Assembly: GCA_965243395.1 (NCBI GenBank) | Contig: CBDEUS010000001.1 | Span: forward strand, 672,001-736,000 | Reading direction: 5' to 3' | Origin: Gammaproteobacteria bacterium | Lineage (GTDB): Bacteria; Pseudomonadota; Gammaproteobacteria; UBA4575 | Length of the DNA: 64,000 bases | Shown here: positions 58,518 to 64,000 of the stretch, piece by piece | How the letters are laid out: each line of letters starts with the position of its first letter | Numbering within the stretch: position 1 is the stretch's first letter | Program-made: the position numbers and the translations under genes | The notes under the pieces: generated by a model | Databases searched by the model: none | Told to the model about the DNA's origin: nothing | The model's input: only the letters and a program-made list of their open reading frames with translations

Positions 58518-58556
58518 ACTAATCCTAAAGGTTAGTATTTATATATTAGAAATAAA

Positions 58557-58817
58557 TTACTGTAGCAGTGGGTGATCCTTTGGAAGTTGCTTAGATACCC
58601 ATATTGCGAGCTTATGCTTCATTGCGGGCAGGTTCAATTGGTCTTTTGCTAAAGGCTGTATAAGTTTGTCGTGAACAAGTAGCCTGTATAAGTATTCAAT
58701 CTTTTCATTTGCGGAATCGGTCGCTTCAAATTTAACAACTCCGCGTTTTTCAGCATATATCATTCCAACGCGTATGGCTTTTTTAACTAACTCTGCTTCA
58801 TTTTTTAGTTTTTTCAT
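58557..58817 (-). CDS. Small conserved protein (DUF5062-like)
   Basis: MKKLKNEAELVKKAI..G..YA.KRG...YRLLVHDKLIQPL...HKLA.W pattern recalled for DUF5062. Confidence 0.65.
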   Translation of the reverse strand: MKKLKNEAELVKKAIRVGMIYAEKRGVVKFEATDSANEKIEYLYRLLVHDKLIQPLAKDQLNLPAMKHKLAIWVSKQLPKDHPLLQ

Positions 58818-58834
58818 AGAGTTTTACGAGTGTT

Positions 58835-59542
58835 TTAAGCGAGTTTGCGTTGTAATCTCTCAGGCACAGGTATGGCTTCTCTTACAGATAATATAGCTTG
58901 TTTGTCCAGCTTACCGTTTCTAATTAGACTTCCACATAATGCAGTACGAAAACCAATGTAATCAGGATTAGCTTTTAATAATATCGGAATATCTTCAATT
59001 GTTAGAGATCCAGCTAAGCCAGTTAACAAGTCATTCTGTTTCGCTCGATTTACAAAATACTCAAGTTGCATAATGTTCATGCGCGTCAACAAATTTCCAC
59101 TACTTTTTCGTGCTGTATCTAGCATAACTCCTTTTAAGCGTGCGTCTTTTGCTATCTGAATTGCAAAATCAATGTCAAATTCCATGTCTGCAAAAAATAC
59201 TGCGATTACTGCAATACCTTTGTTTGAGCAATGAATTAAATTAGGTAAGCAAGTTTCAATATGACGCTCACTGAACATTCCGACTTTCACATAGTCAACA
59301 CCTGTTTCAGCAGTTTGAATCACCTTTTCATTTATTTTTGAATAATCTGCCGGGAGATCACCAATTGTTGCGCTTATTTCACATTTTTCCCATAAGTCAT
59401 CTACAATTTGCAGTATCTGTTTTAAAGAAACTGCTCCTAATGCTCCATCATTAGGTTCTTTAAGATCAATTATGTTTGCACCACCGTCATAAACGCATTT
59501 GGCTTCTTCTAAGTCACGTACACTGGCTAACATACCTGTCAT
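58835..59542 (-). CDS. mfnB: Orf22, (5-formylfuran-3-yl)methyl phosphate synthase (DUF556)
   Basis: LASV....EA, IIDLKEP..GALGA, SATIGD, YVKVG, MLDTA.K, GLAGSL, GFR.ALC. Confidence 0.88.
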   Translation of the reverse strand: MTGMLASVRDLEEAKCVYDGGANIIDLKEPNDGALGAVSLKQILQIVDDLWEKCEISATIGDLPADYSKINEKVIQTAETGVDYVKVGMFSERHIETCLPNLIHCSNKGIAVIAVFFADMEFDIDFAIQIAKDARLKGVMLDTARKSSGNLLTRMNIMQLEYFVNRAKQNDLLTGLAGSLTIEDIPILLKANPDYIGFRTALCGSLIRNGKLDKQAILSVREAIPVPERLQRKLA

Positions 59543-59544
59543 CT

Positions 59545-60111
59545 TTATTTATCCTTATTTATATGAGCGAGAATTTTCTTCATTAACCACTCCCAAGCTT
59601 CTTGTTCACGAGGGCCTGAAGTTTTCTCATACCCTATAGTTAAATATTCTATTTCTTGCAGAATTTTTTCTTCTGGTAGCATCTTGAGACGGCTAGTTAA
59701 AATGGCTAGTTCTAATACGGCTGATTGTGCACGATTATAGCCATGAAATGGTTGATGTGTAGCTTCATCTACAATCTTGCAAATATATTGCGGTCTTATT
59801 TTATCATCTACTTTATTAACGACTTCTAACTCAGTGTGGGCAAGGCTATTTACTAACCGTGCACCTTTGATGGTTTCTGTAGAGCAAGTAGGCCAATCCC
59901 GACGGCCTGTAATGCAACCCGCATAAATTCTCACATCATCTGTGTAATTAAGTGTGGCGTGACCATCACGCTCTAAATTATCTAGTGTTGTTGAAGGTTT
60001 GAATGGCAAAATGATGAGTTCTTTCCCCGATTCATGTATTCCCATAGGGGCAATATGCACAGACTCGTCATCATTTAGGGTGGTAACAATACATTCTCTT
60101 ATAAACGGCAA
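59545..60111 (-). CDS. Orf19 DUF447 family protein
   Basis: IRECIVTT, HIAPMG, PFKPSTTL.NL, GYNRAQ.AVLE.AIL.SRL. Confidence 0.88.
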   Translation of the reverse strand: MPFIRECIVTTLNDDESVHIAPMGIHESGKELIILPFKPSTTLDNLERDGHATLNYTDDVRIYAGCITGRRDWPTCSTETIKGARLVNSLAHTELEVVNKVDDKIRPQYICKIVDEATHQPFHGYNRAQSAVLELAILTSRLKMLPEEKILQEIEYLTIGYEKTSGPREQEAWEWLMKKILAHINKDK

Positions 60112-60115
60112 ACCA

Positions 60116-61534
60116 TTAGTCCTTTTTAGTTTTCTTATTTTTTCTAACTTTACGGGTGTGCATTGTACTACCAGTTGCTTTTTGTTTAGTTAGGTCTTGT
60201 TGTTCTTTTTTAACCGCTACACCCCAATCTAATTCCTCATCTTGTTCATAACGTTTGCCTAGTTGCCAAGCTATTTGTGCTCGTGCATGTTCAACCCCTA
60301 AATAAAAAGCATGCCCGCCGTCATCTTCTACATTCAGTTTGGGGAAAATATCATATGGATCGATCGTAGTATGTAAGCCGTCTCTATTGTAGGTATGTAT
60401 GCCATCTTCGCTGACTTGAATACGAAAATTCGGATCTTTAATTTCTGCAGCAAATTCTTGTACTTCTTCAAAGCTATAGGGAAAAGCTTTGCGTTCATGC
60501 AATGCCATCAAGCCGTTATCATATCCTTTAGGTGGAATACTATCGATTCGAGAGGCAAACATGATTCGCCGAGCAAGATCTGCCTCTCGGACAGCACAAC
60601 GACAATGCTCACTTACTTCAGTTGCTAATACATGATTAATTTCTAATTCAGAAATAATACCTAACAATAATGCGTTGGTACCAGCAGAGTCAGCGTGAGT
60701 AAGTTCTGTAAGATTGCCGATACCCATGATCATTTCGATATCTGGATATCGTTTGCGCAAATTACGATAACGTACGATAGATTCTGTAAATCCAAAATGG
60801 ATCGGGTCCAATATGGAGTCAGCAATAAATCTTCGCTTCTGCTTAATTAAAATATCAATTGCACGATATAGAGAACGTGCATCTGATGGAGTGTTCCCAA
60901 TAAGTATCGGTACAGAATCAACTTCATCTAATATCCATAAAGTTTTCTCACTGATGCTGAGTAAATAGTCAGCGCCTGCTTTTCCACCTGCCACTAAATC
61001 TTCGGCCGTAAGTGAATCCACACTTACTTTGTATCCTTCAGATTTAAGCGCCTGAACGGCTTCGGTCAGATGCGGGAAGGGCGTGCTAGGTAGGCATCCC
61101 AAATCAATCACATTTGCGCCATCTTGTTTATATGTAAGTGCTCTTGTGACTATGTCGCTTACAGACATATTGGGTGCATCGACAATCTCAGCAAAAATTT
61201 GTACGTCGTATTTAGATAGGTCAGCTTTTCGATCTACGAGGCCAAAGTAAGCTGGCAAGTCTTTGAGCTCTTCGGGGCCGCGCTCAACGGGTAGATTTAA
61301 TACAGCTGACAAGGTATCAATATCACCGCGACAGCGTCCTGGAAGTATGACTTTATTTGCATCGCCTGTATCTGTTAACCGTTTCTCAATCAGACCGGTA
61401 GTCATTAAAGCTGCCACACTTACTCCTAGCTGGCGTACTTCATAGGTAAAGTCTGTCGGTTGCATGGATTCTAAAACGCGATGCAAACTTTTTTCTGCAA
61501 GCTTTCCTGTTAAAAATAAAATATGTTCAGCCAT
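60116..61534 (-). CDS. Orf20 dihydropteroate-synthase-like protein (H4MPT biosynthesis)
   Basis: ILFLTGKLA, LPGRCRGD, RGPEELKDLP, IFAEIVDAP, IDLGCLP, MGIGNLTELT.AD, HAFYLGVE.ARA, YEQD. Confidence 0.9.
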   Translation of the reverse strand: MAEHILFLTGKLAEKSLHRVLESMQPTDFTYEVRQLGVSVAALMTTGLIEKRLTDTGDANKVILPGRCRGDIDTLSAVLNLPVERGPEELKDLPAYFGLVDRKADLSKYDVQIFAEIVDAPNMSVSDIVTRALTYKQDGANVIDLGCLPSTPFPHLTEAVQALKSEGYKVSVDSLTAEDLVAGGKAGADYLLSISEKTLWILDEVDSVPILIGNTPSDARSLYRAIDILIKQKRRFIADSILDPIHFGFTESIVRYRNLRKRYPDIEMIMGIGNLTELTHADSAGTNALLLGIISELEINHVLATEVSEHCRCAVREADLARRIMFASRIDSIPPKGYDNGLMALHERKAFPYSFEEVQEFAAEIKDPNFRIQVSEDGIHTYNRDGLHTTIDPYDIFPKLNVEDDGGHAFYLGVEHARAQIAWQLGKRYEQDEELDWGVAVKKEQQDLTKQKATGSTMHTRKVRKNKKTKKD

Positions 61535-61727
61535 GATTCTGCAAAGTAATTACTTAAGGAGATATAGATAAGTAGCTAATAAATATAATGATTAAGAATT
61601 GAGTTAAAGTGATATATCAGGTTTCAGTAGGGATCATTATAGTACGAACTAGTAAATTACAGTGCTTTAAGTGCGCGAACTTGTTTAGAATATATTTGCA
61701 ATTATATTTCATCTAAATTGTTCATAC

Positions 61728-63455
61728 ATGCTAACCACAATTAAGCGTCGTCCTGACGTAACTGTCAGTGAAGAATTCAATGATTTTCCACCAATCCTCC
61801 AACGCATATATGCTCAGCGAGGAATTAGTAGTGAAGAAGAAATTAATCATTCATTAGCAAAAGCCTTATCTCCAGGGAAATTACTCAATGTAGAAGCGGG
61901 CGTAGAGCACATCTATAAATGTATGCAAAATAATCAACGTATCCTGATTGTTGGTGATTTTGATGCCGATGGCGCGACAAGCACGGCTTTATTTATACGT
62001 GTACTAAAGTGCTTTGGATTTAATAATGTTCAATACCTGGTACCGAATCGATTTGAGTATGGCTATGGCTTAACACCTGAAATAGTAGAAGTAGCTATTG
62101 ATTATGAACCAGCATTAATCATTACGGTTGATAACGGGATTTCGAGTATTGATGGCGTTGCCGCAGCAAAAGCCAAAGGTATTGATGTCATTATCACGGA
62201 CCACCATCTGCCAGGTAAAGAGCTTCCTGATGCAGATGTCATCATCAATCCTAATCAAGATAATGATGAGTTCCCAAGCAAGCACTTAGCGGGCGTAGGT
62301 GTAGTGTTTTATGTTTTATCAGCGCTTCGTGCGCATTTGCGAGAGCATAACTGGTTTATTGATATGAATATTCAAGAACCAAACTTAGCTCAATTCTTGG
62401 ATATTGTAGCTATTGGCACTGTCGCAGATGTCGCAAAACTGGATTACAACAACAGAATTTTAGTTGAACAAGGATTAAAGCGAATACGTTCAAATAAATG
62501 TTGTCATGGTGTACGTGCTTTACTAACTATCGCGGGTAAAAAACTTTATCGTATTAGTTCAACCGATTTAGGATTTGTGATAGGGCCACGTTTAAATGCT
62601 GCGGGTCGTTTAGAAGATATGTCTCTTGGAATTGAATGTCTGCTAACAAATGATGAATCACATGCACTAGCTCTTGCAGAAGAACTAAATCATTTAAATG
62701 AAGAACGTAAGCAGATTGAACGAGATATGCAAAAGCAGGCAATCAGTGTTTTAAAATCGGAAAATATTAAAGAAGTTACTGTAAATAAATATGGAATTTC
62801 TCTGTTTGACCCATTATGGCACCAAGGAGTTATCGGGATAGTTGCGGCCAGAATTAAGGAAAAATATCACCGACCTGTAATTGTATTCGCGCAAGCAAAT
62901 GAAACCGAACTAAAAGGTTCTGCACGTTCAATACCGGGATTACATATTCGTGATGCCCTTGAACTGCTTGCTGCTAGATACCCACACTTGATAAATACAT
63001 TTGGTGGCCATGCAATGGCAGCCGGATTGTCTATACCAATAAAAAGCTTCGTAGAATTTGAAGAAACTTTTAACCAAGTTATCGAAGAACTTGTATCACC
63101 CGAACAACTTGAAGCGATTTTGTTATCAGATGGAGAGCTTAAGGAAAAGGAGTTGTCACTTGATGTTGCAGAAATGTTGTTTCAAGCTGGCCCTTGGGGC
63201 CAGGGTTTCCCAGAACCTGTATTTGATGGAATATTTAATGTCAACGAACACAGAATTGTGGGAGATAACCATCTCAAGTTAAATGTCACTCCTAGTGGAG
63301 GGCAGCAAAAAATCGATGCGATTGCCTTTAATATTGATAAACACCACTGGAGGGAAGATACCGATGAGATTCATATTGCTTATCAATTAAGCGTAAATGA
63401 ATTTAGGGGAACACGGAGCCCACAATTAATAATTCAATATTTAGAGTCACTATAG
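61728..63455 (+). CDS. recJ: Single-stranded-DNA-specific exonuclease RecJ
   Basis: GDFDADGATS, PNRF..GYGL, TVDNG, TDHH, GTVAD, PRLNAAGRL, GSARS, GGHAMAAG. Confidence 0.97.
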   Translation: MLTTIKRRPDVTVSEEFNDFPPILQRIYAQRGISSEEEINHSLAKALSPGKLLNVEAGVEHIYKCMQNNQRILIVGDFDADGATSTALFIRVLKCFGFNNVQYLVPNRFEYGYGLTPEIVEVAIDYEPALIITVDNGISSIDGVAAAKAKGIDVIITDHHLPGKELPDADVIINPNQDNDEFPSKHLAGVGVVFYVLSALRAHLREHNWFIDMNIQEPNLAQFLDIVAIGTVADVAKLDYNNRILVEQGLKRIRSNKCCHGVRALLTIAGKKLYRISSTDLGFVIGPRLNAAGRLEDMSLGIECLLTNDESHALALAEELNHLNEERKQIERDMQKQAISVLKSENIKEVTVNKYGISLFDPLWHQGVIGIVAARIKEKYHRPVIVFAQANETELKGSARSIPGLHIRDALELLAARYPHLINTFGGHAMAAGLSIPIKSFVEFEETFNQVIEELVSPEQLEAILLSDGELKEKELSLDVAEMLFQAGPWGQGFPEPVFDGIFNVNEHRIVGDNHLKLNVTPSGGQQKIDAIAFNIDKHHWREDTDEIHIAYQLSVNEFRGTRSPQLIIQYLESL

Positions 63456-63510
63456 ACTTACTTTGTTTTGCGCTACTATACGCCCGCAATAACCTCACAT
63501 AATTAAAAAT

Positions 63511-64000
63511 ATGGAAATTAACCCACTACAAAATTTAATAGAAGATCTTCAATCTCGTTCTGCAAGTTTAAGGGGGTATCTTTGACTATGAAACAAAGCG
63601 CGAACGTTTGGACGAGGTTAGTCGAGAGCTAGAAGATCCTGAGATCTGGAACCAACCAGAACTTGCGCAAAAACTCGGCAAAGAACGTTCTAACCTTGAA
63701 GCAGTGGTGAAAACCATCGACGATGTAGAGGGTGGCGTGAACGACGCGAGTGATTTACTTGAGCTTGCCTCCAATGAAGGTGATGAGGAAACTCTAAAGT
63801 CGATTGAGGAAGACTTACAAGGCTTGGATGCACGCGTTGCGGAATTGGAATTTCGCAGAATGTTTGCTGGCGAAATGGATCCAAATCATGCTTTTCTTGA
63901 TGTGCAATCAGGATCGGGGGGTACTGAAGCCCAGGATTGGGCTGAAATGTTATTGCGAATGTATTTGCGCTGGGGTGAGAGAAAAGGATTCAAGACAGAT
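63511..64000 (+). CDS. prfB: Peptide chain release factor 2 (5' part, +1 programmed frameshift, runs off the window)
   Basis: MEINP...LRGYL then +1 frame DYETKRERLDEV...QSGSGGTEAQDWAEMLLRMYLRW; follows recJ. Confidence 0.96.
63571..63586 (+). promoter_or_regulatory. prfB programmed +1 frameshift site
   Basis: Internal SD AGGGGG (63571-63576), 3-nt spacer, CTT TGA C (63580-63586). Confidence 0.95.

Noticed and set aside
1-64000. CRISPR arrays, tRNA/rRNA genes, IS elements, prophage
   Set aside because: No spaced direct repeats, cloverleafs, transposase, integrase or phage genes seen by eye; short RNAs could have been missed

Overview
AT-rich (visibly well under 50% GC) chromosomal window from what looks like a Gammaproteobacterium (rapA-srkA-slyX, recJ-prfB with the +1 frameshift, ldtD-mepK), probably marine (glucosylglycerate genes, Na+/H+ antiporter). 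I found no rRNA, tRNA, CRISPR array, integrase or transposase. Main blocks: (1) 0.2-17 kb mixed transport, housekeeping and hypothetical genes; (2) 17.3-24.1 kb RDD-SpoIIM-DUF4129-DUF4350-MoxR-DUF58 operon; (3) 25.6-30.2 kb glucosylglycerate synthesis and phosphorolysis genes; (4) 35.5-61.5 kb tetrahydromethanopterin/methylofuran (H4MPT/MYFR) C1-transfer cluster (mptG, mtdB, orfY, mch, orf5, orf7, fae, orf17, orf1, orf9, pabB, orf21, then orf22, orf19, orf20), interrupted by an antiporter and a ~9 kb block of membrane/lipid genes, with no fhc genes in the window. Best candidates for new biology: a Zn-finger + degenerate LAGLIDADG-like + QueD/PTPS fusion directly after fae (possible pterin-sensing regulator built from a domesticated homing endonuclease); a GC-rich, alternatively folding leader upstream of fae; a 128-aa protein that appears to carry the catalytic Cys and 2-His-1-Glu iron site of sulfur oxygenase reductase; and a secreted protein with five CP12-like CxxxPxxxxC loops. 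All family calls are by-eye motif recognition; no searches were run.
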